DNA from: an uncultured Methanosarcinaceae archaeon
GTDB taxonomy: Archaea > Halobacteriota > Methanosarcinia > Methanosarcinales > Methanosarcinaceae
Length of the DNA: 64,000 nt
NCBI GenBank assembly: GCA_963727895.1
Contig: CAVSHT010000012.1
Span: forward strand, 192,001 to 256,000
Reading direction: 5' to 3'
In this document: piece by piece, positions 11,727 through 23,138 of the stretch
How positions within the stretch are numbered: position 1 is the stretch's first letter
How the letters are laid out: each line of letters opens with the position of its first letter
The notes under the pieces: model-generated
Seen by the model: the letters and a program-made list of their open reading frames with translations, nothing else
Database searches by the model: none
Told to the model about the DNA's origin: nothing
Translations under genes and position numbers: made by a program

Positions 11727-12347
11727 ATGATGATAGATCGGGAAACTCAGGTAGTTGACTGCCGATGCGGTGCGGGACTTGGTAGAGGAGGAGGACTTGC
11801 TCAGCGAGGTACTCTCTCAGAGGCTGGCCGTGCTGAGGTTGTAGCTATCGCTATGAGTCCCGGCCAAAGGCATATAACAAAACCGGTGTGTGAAATCACA
11901 TACGGTATGAGGAAAGAGAATATTCAGGTCAGTGTGTTGGTGCTCTATTCTGGCTCCGGAATACCTGAATCCGGTATGAGGACCGGGTCTTTTGTACTGA
12001 GTCCGGTAGAAGTTTCACAGATTGAAATGCACAAACTGGCTGTTATTCACCTAGGAAATATCAAGGACCATGTGATTAGAAAGGCCAGGGAAATACTGAG
12101 TCAGGCTAATATTCCGGCGATTGTAGTTAGCCAGATCCCGGTAGATTTTGAGGATTTTGCAGAAGCAGGGATTAAGACGAGATTAGTGATGCCAAGGGAC
12201 GAAAATATTCGTACAAAAGGAATCGTGATGGATATGGTAAGTGGAGTTACACGTGGTGATTCCTGTCCCAGGGATAAACTAAATTTAGTCGTTAAAAATG
12301 TTAAGACTACATTAGACCAGTTAGAAGATCATCAAGGAGTTGCATGA
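11727..12347 (+). CDS. mcrC: Methyl-coenzyme M reductase operon protein C
   Basis: VDCRCGAGLGRGGGLAQRGT, RHITKPVCEIT. Confidence 0.97.
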   Translation: MMIDRETQVVDCRCGAGLGRGGGLAQRGTLSEAGRAEVVAIAMSPGQRHITKPVCEITYGMRKENIQVSVLVLYSGSGIPESGMRTGSFVLSPVEVSQIEMHKLAVIHLGNIKDHVIRKAREILSQANIPAIVVSQIPVDFEDFAEAGIKTRLVMPRDENIRTKGIVMDMVSGVTRGDSCPRDKLNLVVKNVKTTLDQLEDHQGVA

Positions 12348-12348
12348 G

Positions 12349-13095
12349 ATGAGTTACAAAAGACAATTTTATCCAGGCGCAACATCAGTTGGCGCTAACA
12401 GAAGAAAACACATGTCTGGAAAACTTGAGAAACTCAGGGAAATTTCAGACGAAGACTTAACCGCAGTTCTCGGACATCGCGCTCCAGGAAGCGACTATCC
12501 AAGCACTCACCCACCACTTGCAGAGATGGGAGAGCCTGCATGCTCGACCCGTGAGAATGTTACACCTACACCTGGTGCAGCAGCAGGAGACAGAGTAAGG
12601 TACATTCAGTTCGCTGACTCTATGTACAATGCCCCTGCCACCCCATACTTCAGATCATACTTTGCAGCAATTAACTTCAGAGGTGTAGACCCAGGTACTC
12701 TTTCCGGCCGTCAGATCGTTGAAGCCCGTGAAAGAGACATGGAACAGTGCGCAAAGGTTCAGATGGAAACCGAAATCACTGACCATGCACTCGCAGGTCT
12801 GCGTGGTGCAACTGTGCACGGTCACTCTGTCCGTCTCCAGGAAGACGGTGTGATGTTCGACATGCTCGACAGGAGAAGACTCGAAAACGGTACCATTATA
12901 ATGGACAAGGACCAGGTTGCAATTCCACTCGACAGGAAAGTAGACCTTGGCAAGCCAATGTCCAGTGAAGAAGCTGCAAAGAGAACCACAATTTACCGTG
13001 TGGACAATGTAGCCTTCAGGGGCGACGCAGAAGTCGTCGAATGGGTACACAGGATATTCGATCAGAGAACTAAATTCGGTTTCCAGCCAAAATGA
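12349..13095 (+). CDS. mcrG: Methyl-coenzyme M reductase gamma subunit
   Basis: [37 protein letters not shown] 12349 after AAGGAG. Confidence 0.98.
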   Translation: MSYKRQFYPGATSVGANRRKHMSGKLEKLREISDEDLTAVLGHRAPGSDYPSTHPPLAEMGEPACSTRENVTPTPGAAAGDRVRYIQFADSMYNAPATPYFRSYFAAINFRGVDPGTLSGRQIVEARERDMEQCAKVQMETEITDHALAGLRGATVHGHSVRLQEDGVMFDMLDRRRLENGTIIMDKDQVAIPLDRKVDLGKPMSSEEAAKRTTIYRVDNVAFRGDAEVVEWVHRIFDQRTKFGFQPK

Positions 13096-13105
13096 GGTGA
13101 CCACA

Positions 13106-14818
13106 ATGGCAGCAGACATTTTCTCAAAATTCAAAAAAGATATGGAAGTCAAGTTCGCACAGGAATTTGGTTCAAACCAGCAGACTGGTGGGGACATCAC
13201 CGGCAAGACTGAAAAATTCCTGAGGTTAGGTCCTGAGCAGGACGCAAGAAAGGTCGAAATGATTAAGGCCGGTAAGGAAATCGCAGAGAAGAGAGGCATT
13301 GCATTCTATAATCCGATGATGCACTCTGGTGCTCCCCTCGGTCAGCGTGCAATTACTCCTTACACTATTTCCGGCACTGACATTGTCGCAGAGCCTGATG
13401 ACCTTCACTATGTGAACAACGCTGCAATGCAGCAGATGTGGGATGACATCAGGAGAACCTGCGTTGTCGGTCTTGACCTCGCTCACGAGACTCTTGAGAA
13501 AAGGTTGGGTAAGGAAGTTACTCCTGAAACCATCAACCACTACCTTGAAGTCCTTAACCATGCAATGCCTGGTGCAGCAGTAGTTCAGGAAATGATGGTC
13601 GAAACTCACCCTGCTCTTGTTGACGACTGTTACGTGAAAATCTTCACAGGTGACGACACACTTGCAGATGAAATTGACAAACAATTCCTTATTGACATCA
13701 ACAAGGAATTCTCAGAAGAGCAGGCAGCTCAGATTAAAGCTTCCATCGGTAAGACAACCTGGCAGGCAATCCACATCCCAACAATTGTCTCCAGAACAAC
13801 AGATGGTGCTCAGACTACAAGGTGGGCAGCTATGCAGATCGGTATGTCTTTCATCTCCGCATACGCAATGTGCGCTGGTGAAGCAGCCGTCGCTGACCTA
13901 TCTTTTGCTGCAAAACACGCAGCTGCTGTTTCCATGGGTGAAATGCTCCCTGCAAGACGTGCACGTGGACCAAACGAGCCTGGTGGACTTTCCTTCGGTC
14001 ACCTCTCAGACATCGTCCAGACAAGTCGCACATCCGAAGACCCAGCAAAAATCGCTCTTGAAGTCGTCGGTGCAGGCTGTATGCTCTACGACCAGATCTG
14101 GCTCGGATCCTATATGTCCGGTGGTGTCGGATTCACACAGTATGCAACAGCTGCATACACCGATGATATCCTCGACAACAACGTGTACTATGACGTTGAC
14201 TACATCAACGACAAGTACAACGGTGCTGCAAATGTTGGCAAGGACAACAAGGTAAAGGCGACCCTCGACGTCGTAAAGGACATTGCAACCGAGTCCACAC
14301 TCTATGGTATCGAGACCTACGAGAAGTTCCCAACTGCTCTTGAAGACCACTTTGGTGGTTCCCAGAGAGCAACCGTGCTCGCAGCCGCAGCCGGTGTTGC
14401 AACTGCCCTCGCAACTGCAAACGCAAACGCTGGTCTTTCTGGCTGGTACCTCTCCATGTACCTGCACAAGGAAGCATGGGGCAGACTCGGATTCTTCGGA
14501 TACGACCTGCAGGACCAGTGTGGTGCTACAAATGTTCTGTCCTACCAGGGCGACGAAGGTCTCCCAGACGAACTCCGTGGTCCAAACTATCCCAACTACG
14601 CAATGAACGTCGGTCACCAGGGTGGATATGCAGGTATCGCTCAGGCAGCCCACTCAGGCCGTGGAGACGCATTCACCGTCAACCCACTCATCAAGGTCTG
14701 CTTCGCTGACGACCTCATGCCGTTCAACTTCGCTGAACCCAGGAGAGAGTTCGGTCGCGGTGCAATGAGAGAGTTCGTTCCTGCTGGTGAGAGATCTCTC
14801 GTCATTCCAGCAAAATAA
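13106..14818 (+). CDS. mcrA: Methyl-coenzyme M reductase alpha subunit
   Basis: [59 protein letters not shown]. Confidence 0.99.
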   Translation: MAADIFSKFKKDMEVKFAQEFGSNQQTGGDITGKTEKFLRLGPEQDARKVEMIKAGKEIAEKRGIAFYNPMMHSGAPLGQRAITPYTISGTDIVAEPDDLHYVNNAAMQQMWDDIRRTCVVGLDLAHETLEKRLGKEVTPETINHYLEVLNHAMPGAAVVQEMMVETHPALVDDCYVKIFTGDDTLADEIDKQFLIDINKEFSEEQAAQIKASIGKTTWQAIHIPTIVSRTTDGAQTTRWAAMQIGMSFISAYAMCAGEAAVADLSFAAKHAAAVSMGEMLPARRARGPNEPGGLSFGHLSDIVQTSRTSEDPAKIALEVVGAGCMLYDQIWLGSYMSGGVGFTQYATAAYTDDILDNNVYYDVDYINDKYNGAANVGKDNKVKATLDVVKDIATESTLYGIETYEKFPTALEDHFGGSQRATVLAAAAGVATALATANANAGLSGWYLSMYLHKEAWGRLGFFGYDLQDQCGATNVLSYQGDEGLPDELRGPNYPNYAMNVGHQGGYAGIAQAAHSGRGDAFTVNPLIKVCFADDLMPFNFAEPRREFGRGAMREFVPAGERSLVIPAK

Positions 14819-14846
14819 ACTCAATAACAAAAATTTACTAAAACAG

Positions 14847-14882
14847 AGTAGGCCAGAAGGCCTACTTTTTCTCTTTTTTTTC
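14847..14882 (+). terminator. mcr operon terminator
   Basis: AGTAGGCC-AGAA-GGCCTACT hairpin followed by T-tracts just after the mcrA stop. Confidence 0.85.
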
Positions 14883-15373
14883 TACATTGTTTTTTCTCTT
14901 GCTGTTTTTCCGGAAATCTTTATTTTAATTATGAGCTTGCCATTGATTTTTCAGATAGATTTAGCAATTATATGGTATCTTTAAAGGAATGCAGTTTCTT
15001 TCAAAATATTCTCTTGGTGTTCAAATGTTTCCATAGCTTGGATTATAACCTGGATTATAACTTGTGTATGGAACATAACTATACCAACAGTGCAAGCATG
15101 TAGTGTAGCATATCATATTTTACCCCCTATATTTCACTAAACTACGCTAATTAAAATTATCTTTAAACCAAATGGTTAAAACACTGGCATTTCTTTTTTA
15201 ATATAATAAAAAACCATTAATAATGTAATTAAGAAATATCTATTATTAATTAAAATCAGTATTCTCAAACCCAGCTTCCATCTAAAAATATAAAAGCGAA
15301 ATTCAATCATCTTTAATGTCAAAAACAGGATTAAATATTTTCTTAATGATGTCTAAGCTCATATTACTCTACT

Positions 15374-17101
15374 TTAGATAACGATGACTTTTTTGCCTAA
15401 TTTGCTTGCAGCTTCCACAAATTCTGTTGTATCTACATCAGGAAATGCGTCTATAATACAAATATCAAACTTTTCATCCAGTGAATTAGCTAATTTTCTT
15501 ACATCCATGCTATAAACTTCAAATTTGTCCCCAGATGCTATTAATTTTTCTTTACTTTCTGAATGTTTGACTGGAAATCCATTAGCTTCTAAATTAACCA
15601 AAGTAGTTTCTATTGCAGGATTCCATATATCATTAAAAACAACTTTTTGCGCTCCAGCTTTAAGACATGCAATTCCTAACGTTCCAGGACCACATGTACA
15701 ATCAAGAATAGTAGGTCTATCGCAATCTGCCTAAATATTTTTAAGTATTTCTGTTTTGGGTGACTCTACCTTTGGAAATTCTATATGAATTTCATGCTGA
15801 TATTTGTATATACCTAAAGCACCGTAAGGAGTCTGTATAATATCACATCTCAAATCGCAGCCGGCAAGAAGTCCATATACATGAGGATTAAAACCAGAAT
15901 CTTTTATACCCACAATTTTTCTTATATCTCCCTTTAAAACCCCTTTTACTTCCCACACTTTCTGTATAACTATATCAGCACATCTCTTATTCACCTCATT
16001 AGATAATATTACTAACGAATTCTTAGGTAAATAAGGAACAGAATTAGTTGGATAGCCAGGAGTTACAAGAGGAACACATGCATTCCTTAAATTTGCTTTT
16101 TATCTTTTACTCCTTCCTCCATCATTATTTGGCATTGGTAATAAAAAATAGATAAATATGCTTATAACATATATTTCTTCATTAACTGCCCCAGATGCAA
16201 TAGTTCCAGTCACAAAAAGAACGGTATAGTTGGCGGGCGTCAACGCTACAAATGCTCTGATTGTGGCTATAACTATACAGTAGAGCTAAAATCAACTGCT
16301 TTTTCCGCTTCTGTAAAAAGACAAGCTTTACAACTCTATCTTGAAGGATTAGGCTTTCGCTCAATAGGAAGAGTTTTAGGGGTGAGTCATGTTTCTGTCC
16401 AAAAATGGATAAAGAAATTTGGTCAGGAGTTAGAGAACCTAAAAAGTGAAAGTGAGATATCTATTGTTGAAATGGATGAGATGCACACTTACATCGGTAA
16501 CAAAAAAAATATTGCTGGATCTGGATTGCTGTTGATAGAGTTGGGAAAAAGTTCATCAACTGCTCTTTTGGCAGCAGAGGAACGGAAACTGGAAAACTAC
16601 TCTGGGAAAAATTGAAGAAAAAAGAGATTGGAGAAGTGATGACAGATCACTGGAGGGCATATGCAGAGTTTCTTCCTGAAAAGAGTCATACTCAATCCAA
16701 AGCAAAAACGTATACTGTTGAAGGATATAACAGCATATTGAGGCATTTCCTGGCAAGGTTGAGAAGAAAGACAAAGTGTTATAAAAAAAGTCTTGAAATG
16801 CTAAAGTACTCGGTTATTCTATTGATGAAATACAGAAATAAAGAACTAGATATATTTAATTAACAATACCATATATTTTTAGCACATGAGCTATTACAGT
16901 ATCAAGATGTCTCTTACCGCAGTTACAACTGCCAAAATGGTTATCCATTTCATCTAAATTAATCTGTTCTGCTAGAGGAAATAATTTCCTTATTTTTTGT
17001 GGTTTGCAATCGTTGCACGGTTTGTAAAATAATTCAATGTTTCTTAACGCTTCCGAAATAGGCTTTATGCACGCATTTCCACATCTACATTTTATTTCCA
17101 T
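15374..17101 (-). pseudogene. Disrupted class I SAM-dependent methyltransferase with Cys-rich N-terminus
   Basis: Fragments MEIKCRCG...HVLKI | IS1 | MMEEGVKD(fs)ANLRNACVPLVTPGYP...LKNI*ADCDRPTILDCTCGPGTLG...VFNDIW...FDICIIDAFP join into one gene; IS insertion, A-run frameshift near 16096-16101 and in-frame TAG at 15731-15733. Confidence 0.8.
16131..16870 (+). mobile_element. IS1-family insertion sequence, copy 1
   Basis: Ends GGCATTG...CAATACC; InsA-like zinc ribbon (CPRC...RYKCSDC) and HTH, InsB-like DEMH/TDHWRAY/VEGYN; A8 run joins the two frames; start codon reads ATT (16181). Confidence 0.92.
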
Positions 17102-17235
17102 ACTCTTTAATATGGAATTTTATGTAAAAGTACTATGCGATTTTTTTCTATTCTTATATTTTGGCTCAGATTCTTTTTGAAAATAAATGATTTCTGACCG
17201 ATTAGAGACTAATTAAAAAAAATTGTATCTTCGAC

Positions 17236-18528
17236 TTATCCTTCCGAAATATCCTTAATTTTTGCCCTAAGACTGCGCATATCTTTAAAGAACTCTGGAT
17301 AAGAAATCGATACAGATTCTGTTGTGTCAATTGTTGTATTTCCTGCAACCATTCCTGCTATTGAAAGAGCCATAACTATTCTGTGGTCATCCCATCCGTG
17401 CACTGATGCCCCATGAAGTTTTCCACCAGTAATTGTTAAGCTGTCTCTTTCTTCTTTAAGTTTTACTCCAAGCTTTGGAAGTTCAGTAGCAAGGGCTTGC
17501 AGACGGTCTGTTTCTTTATATCGGACATGTTCGGCATTTTCAATCCTGCTCGTTCCTTCAGCAACTGCAGCAAGGACAGCAACGGTCGGGACAAGGTCAG
17601 GGGTTGCTCCGGCATCAAAGGTTATGGCTTTTAATTGTTTTCCACCTCTGACGGTCACATTTCCTGTTACTTTATCCCATGCAATATCTGCCCCCATTTG
17701 TTTAAGGGTTTCAATAATTACCTTATCCCCCTGTTTTGAAGAAAAAATATTTTTGACTGTGATTTCCGAGCCTTTTATCATGGCTGCTGCTGCAAGTAAA
17801 TAGGATGCTGATGAAAAATCACCTGGAACAGTGTAGTCTTTGAGATTATACTTCTGTTTCCCAGGAATTATAAATCTGGTATCATTACTATCCTCTATAT
17901 GAACTTCTGCACCTGCAAGTTCAAGCATTTCTAGAGTTACATCCACGTAAGGCCTTGATTTAAGTTTTCCTTTAATAGAAAGGGTGGTATTGTTTTCGGC
18001 AAGCGGGCAGGTTATTAGAAGGGCTGAGATAAACTGGGAACTGATAGAACCATCAATACTTGCATTCTGTCCCTTAAGTCCCCCTTTGACGACAAGAGGA
18101 GCTCTCTCGTTTCCTCGAGTAGAACAGGCTTTCACTCCTAAATTATTGAGAACATCAAGAAGAGGTCCGTTTGGTCGGGTACGAAGGGAAGAGTCCCCCG
18201 TAAGCACTGTAATCCCATCGGCAAGTGCTGCTATTGCAGTCATGAAGCGAAGAGTTGTTCCTGAATTTGCTGCATCAATCACATCTTCCGGGACATTTGG
18301 TTTTCCATTAACTCCCTGGATAATAAGCTTGTTTTCTTTTATTTCAACTGAGGCTCCAAACATTTCGGAAGCCCGAATTGTGGCAAGAGTATCGGCAGAA
18401 ATCAGAGGATGCCTGACTATTGATTCTTTTGAAAGAGCTGCTAGGGTTATAGCCCTGTGAGTGTAACTTTTTGAAGGTGGGGCAAAGACTTCCCCTTTGA
18501 TTGAGGATTTGTCGATAGAAACACGCAT
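17236..18528 (-). CDS. aroA: 3-phosphoshikimate 1-carboxyvinyltransferase
   Basis: PPSKSYTHR, NSGTTLR, SSQFISAL, RYKETDR, DDHRIVM. Confidence 0.97.
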   Translation of the reverse strand: MRVSIDKSSIKGEVFAPPSKSYTHRAITLAALSKESIVRHPLISADTLATIRASEMFGASVEIKENKLIIQGVNGKPNVPEDVIDAANSGTTLRFMTAIAALADGITVLTGDSSLRTRPNGPLLDVLNNLGVKACSTRGNERAPLVVKGGLKGQNASIDGSISSQFISALLITCPLAENNTTLSIKGKLKSRPYVDVTLEMLELAGAEVHIEDSNDTRFIIPGKQKYNLKDYTVPGDFSSASYLLAAAAMIKGSEITVKNIFSSKQGDKVIIETLKQMGADIAWDKVTGNVTVRGGKQLKAITFDAGATPDLVPTVAVLAAVAEGTSRIENAEHVRYKETDRLQALATELPKLGVKLKEERDSLTITGGKLHGASVHGWDDHRIVMALSIAGMVAGNTTIDTTESVSISYPEFFKDMRSLRAKIKDISEG

Positions 18529-18660
18529 ATGTACCAGGTCTCGTTTATTTTCTTATTTAGATTATTTCATGGAGTCAGGTGCTTACTTCCAGTTTCTAAA
18601 TAATCATTTTTGGACATTATTTATATTTTCACAAATAGTTATATTTAAACTCACTAACGC

Positions 18661-19314
18661 TCAGTTTATCCCTTTTACGATATTTTCTACCAAATCCCAA
18701 TCATAGTCATAAACGTGTGCTGAGACGCTTATAGTAGTTATCGTTCCTGGTTCAGTACCTACCTTATCGGCTACGTACTCCAGAAGTTTTGAGAGGCCAT
18801 AAAGGTTTGCCGGGTAGGCCCCTCCAAAATCGTGACTTCTGAAAAGAGTGGTGAGGTGTATCTTCCCGTCTCTTATCTTAAAATCGTCGAGCATCATGCA
18901 GGGAACTTCATTGACCTTCGTATCCACAGGAGGAATCCAGGTAATAGCTATTGCTCGTCTAGATGTTGGATTTTCCTGCAGCTTTTCTATCATATACTCT
19001 ATCTGATCCACTTTTCCATTCCAGTTCCGAAGGCGCTGACCGTAGGTGTATTCAAAATCCTGCTTGTTTTCTCCCGAGATAAGCTGTTTTGCATATTCTT
19101 CAAGTCTTTCTTCGTTCCATGCAGTATCTTGTGGTATTCTGTCAGTATAGGGATCTTCAATTACTACCATCAAATCCATTAATTCCTTTATTTTACTTCC
19201 TCTTTCATCTATAATGACCTGCCCATGGTTCCAGATTATATTAAGCCCGCGATACCATGCATCAGATATAGTTTTTGCCTTGACAATCCTACCAATTTCA
19301 AATCTGTTTTCCAT
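18661..19314 (-). CDS. thyA: Archaeal thymidylate synthase
   Basis: FEYTYGQR, SRRA, VPC catalytic Cys, FRSHD, PANLYG, SAHVY. Confidence 0.92.
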   Translation of the reverse strand: MENRFEIGRIVKAKTISDAWYRGLNIIWNHGQVIIDERGSKIKELMDLMVVIEDPYTDRIPQDTAWNEERLEEYAKQLISGENKQDFEYTYGQRLRNWNGKVDQIEYMIEKLQENPTSRRAIAITWIPPVDTKVNEVPCMMLDDFKIRDGKIHLTTLFRSHDFGGAYPANLYGLSKLLEYVADKVGTEPGTITTISVSAHVYDYDWDLVENIVKGIN

Positions 19315-19670
19315 TAAGAACTCCTCTAAAATTCACAATAAATTCAGGTAGATTATGGATAGTTAATTTCTCCTTCTTTTTTCATTTACCACTTTGTTTT
19401 ATAAGTTCTTTCTCCCATAAATTATCTTAATATCTTACAGTGTATAATGATAGCATATAACAATCTTAATTTAAAAAAATTCCGGACAAAAGAAGATAGA
19501 TAGAATGGAACAAATAAATAAATTCAATAAAAAGAAAAACGTAAAGATGGACTGTATTTCTATCTAGATCTAGATAGAGTAGCCTATTTTGAAAATCTGA
19601 ATAAAACTTAATGAAAATAAGCATGAAAAAAGGAAAATAATTAAAATAAATAAAGGTTTGAGAAGTATTC

Positions 19671-20531
19671 TCAGAACCTCATTGTTCTAAGGCGCTTTAC
19701 CCTCTCATCGGTTGCTGGATGAGTGCTGAAGAGTGACTGGATTGATCCTCCTTTTAATGGATTGACAATAAACATATGGGCGCTGCTTTCTTTTGCCTGT
19801 ACGTCTGAAACTTTTGGACTATAATGAGAGTTTCCGTACTCGAGTTTTTCAAGGGCATCGGCAAGAGCCCAGGGTTTTCTGGAAATGCTGGCTCCCTCTG
19901 CATCAGCTGCAAACTCTCTGGATCTTGAAATTGCAAGCTGGATCAAAGTTGCAGCGATAGGCGCTAAAATTGTCATCGCAATAAGACCTATTATTCCACC
20001 ATTGTCATCATCTCTACTGCCGCCGAAGCCGCCGAAAATTGCAGCCCACTGTGCCATATTAGCTAGCATTGTGACAACACCTGCAAGGGTTGCAGCTATA
20101 GCACTTATCAGGGTATCTCTGTTCTTTACATGTGCCAGTTCGTGTGCCAGCACACCTTCCATTTCTTCATAAGAGAGCAGTTCAAGTATTCCGGTTGTAG
20201 CAGCCACAGCTGCATGTTCTGGGTTTCTGCCAGTTGCAAAGGCATTAGGCATTGATGACTCTACGATATAGACTTTGGGCTTTGGCAGTCCTGCTCTCAT
20301 GACCAGTCCATCGACAATCCTGTGCAGGTTCGGAGCTTCCGCAGGGGAAACTTCTTTTGCTCTGTACATCTTGAGTACTATTTTGTCGCTGTACCAGTAG
20401 CTCCCAAAATTGAGGATTACTGCAAACAGGAACGCAATAATCATACCGCCCGTACCCCAGTGGCTTCCTATCAAAACTAGTATACCCGTAAGGGCGGCAA
20501 GCAAAACTGTAGTTTTAAGCATGTTCTTCAT
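19671..20531 (-). CDS. htpX: Zinc metalloprotease HtpX
   Basis: [29 protein letters not shown]. Confidence 0.95.
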   Translation of the reverse strand: MKNMLKTTVLLAALTGILVLIGSHWGTGGMIIAFLFAVILNFGSYWYSDKIVLKMYRAKEVSPAEAPNLHRIVDGLVMRAGLPKPKVYIVESSMPNAFATGRNPEHAAVAATTGILELLSYEEMEGVLAHELAHVKNRDTLISAIAATLAGVVTMLANMAQWAAIFGGFGGSRDDDNGGIIGLIAMTILAPIAATLIQLAISRSREFAADAEGASISRKPWALADALEKLEYGNSHYSPKVSDVQAKESSAHMFIVNPLKGGSIQSLFSTHPATDERVKRLRTMRF

Positions 20532-21127
20532 GACTTCTCACGCGACGTCCTCCCAGGCTAATGTCTGGGTTTTCGGTCTTTAATTCTTATTTCTAAACTT
20601 AATTTTATATATTATATAGATTAAAACCAATCTTATATATTCTGAATGCAGATATATATTTTCTCTTCTGAACAACACAGGTTGATACAATTGTGTTATT
20701 TCTCTTTCCCTATTTATTTAATACCAATTTAAAATTCTACTATACGGAAACTTTATTCGCAAATTTGGAAATCTCAGTCCAATAATTATATTTTCTTCTT
20801 TGATCTCCCCCTTATCAAAGCTAAATTTATTTACTAATATCTCTTTTTTGATATATTTACATTTTCCCTCTTTATGTGTAATTTGGTTTGATTTCAAACT
20901 ATTATTCCAACTTCAAGTATATGTATTTATTGAAGAGTTCATCTCAAAATCAGGTTTTTTATCAACTCAATAATAACTTTTAGAACTTTTCGCAGTTATA
21001 ATAACTTGATTGATAGTTCTAAATTCAACACTTTGAGAATCAATTTTGAGTTTTGGGCGAACTCTAAATATATTCTCCTTGGATTAACCTAACAGTATAG
21101 CAGTAAGAAAAAAAGTCAAGAATATAT

Positions 21128-22042
21128 TTACGTTGATCCATCGTCAAAGTAATTCGTGTCAATCTTTTTAACATCATATGATTTTACTTTTGAAACTCCC
21201 ACATCATACTCAATCATTAGTCTTGCAAGCGTTTCTCCATCAATCAACACAATGTTCCCTGTGAAATCGGCATATTCAATAGCTTCTCTTGAAAAAGTAG
21301 AGGTTGTCATAAAGACGCCTTTCTTTGCTTTCTTTCCTATCAGAGCGCCTGCAAATTTCTGGATTTCAGGTCTTGGGACCGTGCCTTCCCAGCGTTTTGC
21401 CTGAATGTAAATTACATCAAGTCCAAGCCTATCTTCCTTTATGATTCCATCGATTCCGCCATCGTGACTTCTACCAACTGCTTTTCCTGCGTCTGCTCTT
21501 GAGCCTCCATATCCCATTTTTGTCAGAATATCAACAACCAATGATTCAAAGAAATTGGCTGAACATTTTTTTACTGCCGAGAGAATTTCTAAAACAAGCT
21601 CATTGTGAAGTTTCTGGTAGGAGAGTTCGAGAGATTCCATTGGATCTAGTTGTTCAGTTTCATTTTGGTCTTTGTCCAGCTCAATAGTTTCGACTTGTTT
21701 TCCTAGGCGAAAATCATTAAATTCTTTATATCATTTCAAAAAATTGACATCAATGCAAGGAGGTTTTTCTTTAAGAACATCCTGTCCTTTCTGGGTAATT
21801 GAAAAATATCCTTTTCTTCCCGAAGTAAGCAAACCAGCTTTTTTCAGGTAAGTACGTGCCCATCCAACTCGGTTATTAAAAACAGCTTGCTGGCCGCTTG
21901 GTAAAAGTTCTCTTTTTTCTTCTTCGCTTAATCTTAACTTTTCTGCAAGATACTCAATAGCATTGCGAATTTTATGTTCTTCTCCATCTCCTGCATATTC
22001 AAGTAAAGGAAGCATTAAAGATTGATAATCTGGAACTGCCAT
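21128..22042 (-). pseudogene. mrr: Mrr-family type IV restriction endonuclease with one in-frame TGA
   Basis: MAVPDYQSLMLPLL and NRVGWARTYLKKAG N-domain; DGGIDG, IYIQAKRW catalytic domain; both ORFs share a frame, separated only by TGA at 21731-21733 (304 codons total). Confidence 0.9.
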
Positions 22043-23138
22043 TAGATCACTCAAAAAGAGTATTTTTAATAAAAACTCTCTATATCTCTTTTTATAGTTT
22101 TCTATTTTTGCATCTGTTTCTAACTTATAATTCAACTTCATAAGCCTTTTTTTGTGTCTCTTAATCTTTTCACTCCTTATCTTGAGTCTAAAATTTTGAA
22201 TGCCAGTTATACAAAATTTTTGTTTATGTGGGTTGGCTAGGACTTAAAAAATTTTTTCCTATCGGTTGAATATATCTTTTTAAAAATTCAGGACAGATGT
22301 GATCTTTATATTTTGTAATAACCTTTTTGGATTAGCTAATTTTATATGTCAAATAAGTACTTATATTAAAACACGGTAACTACTTTCCGTAGTCTAGTTA
22401 TTAAGTTCTGGACTACAGCAATAGAAAAGGAGATTCAGATCTAAAAGAAGCAACCCAGTAACTTTCTTACAAATCCATGTTATTGAATTTTGTTACAAAA
22501 ATGGCAAGTTTCAATCCCTGCAGAAATGGAAATTATGGAAAGTCTTGAGGTTGTCCAGACAACAAAAACTTAAATCCTCTAAATGAATGAAAAAGAACAT
22601 TTGTCTGGACAGGTTACAGGAAATCTCAGAATCAATTTGTAATAATGTCTCAAAAATATCGATTTACAAAGTTCAAAGCGCTCTATAAATACCTCCTAAA
22701 ACCTAGTAGAGTAATTGTTATAATCAAAAAATTCCAAAAATCCAACAACCTCCAAAACCTCCTAAATATTATAATGTAAAAGCCGGAGAAATTATTAATA
22801 ACGTTGTGTTTCATTCCAGAAGTTATTTCGCTCAAAGTAACCATGGAAGTCAAACCAAGAGACAATATATACAAATTGAATAATTTACTGAGAGTATCCT
22901 ATAGGCCTATTATTCTATGTTCTTTCTTTTCTCATTTTTCACAATTTTTTATTAAAATTTTTTGTATCTAAGAGTTATTGAATAAAGTCAAAGTTTACAT
23001 ATTTGCACGTATTTTATCTGTAGAAACTTTAGTTACTATTTTTGTTTTCACTTGTCTTCACTTGCTTTTGGAATCCAATTAAATTATGTAATGGAGTAAC
23101 TTTATGAAGTAAATATACTTATACTTCTTTAAAGAAGA

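Noticed and set aside
10075..14709. Long antisense and alternate-frame ORFs over mcrB, mcrG and mcrA
   Set aside because: Expected from the strong codon bias of highly expressed mcr genes; no recognisable motifs
8222..14818. mmp10-mcrBDCGA arrangement as a novel system
   Set aside because: Established, conserved organisation; Mmp10 function is already described
15731..15733. TAG as a functional pyrrolysine codon
   Set aside because: The same gene also has an IS insertion and a frameshift upstream, so decay is the simpler explanation
21731..21733. TGA in mrr as selenocysteine
   Set aside because: Methanosarcina is not known to use Sec, the site is a non-catalytic linker, and no SECIS-like element was seen
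22508..22519. GTTTCAATCCCT resembles the start of a CRISPR repeat
   Set aside because: Single occurrence, no repeat-spacer periodicity and no cas genes in the window
22420..22700. Possible decayed coding or transposase remnant upstream of mrr
   Set aside because: No frame gave a recognisable motif by eye; a BLASTX search would be needed
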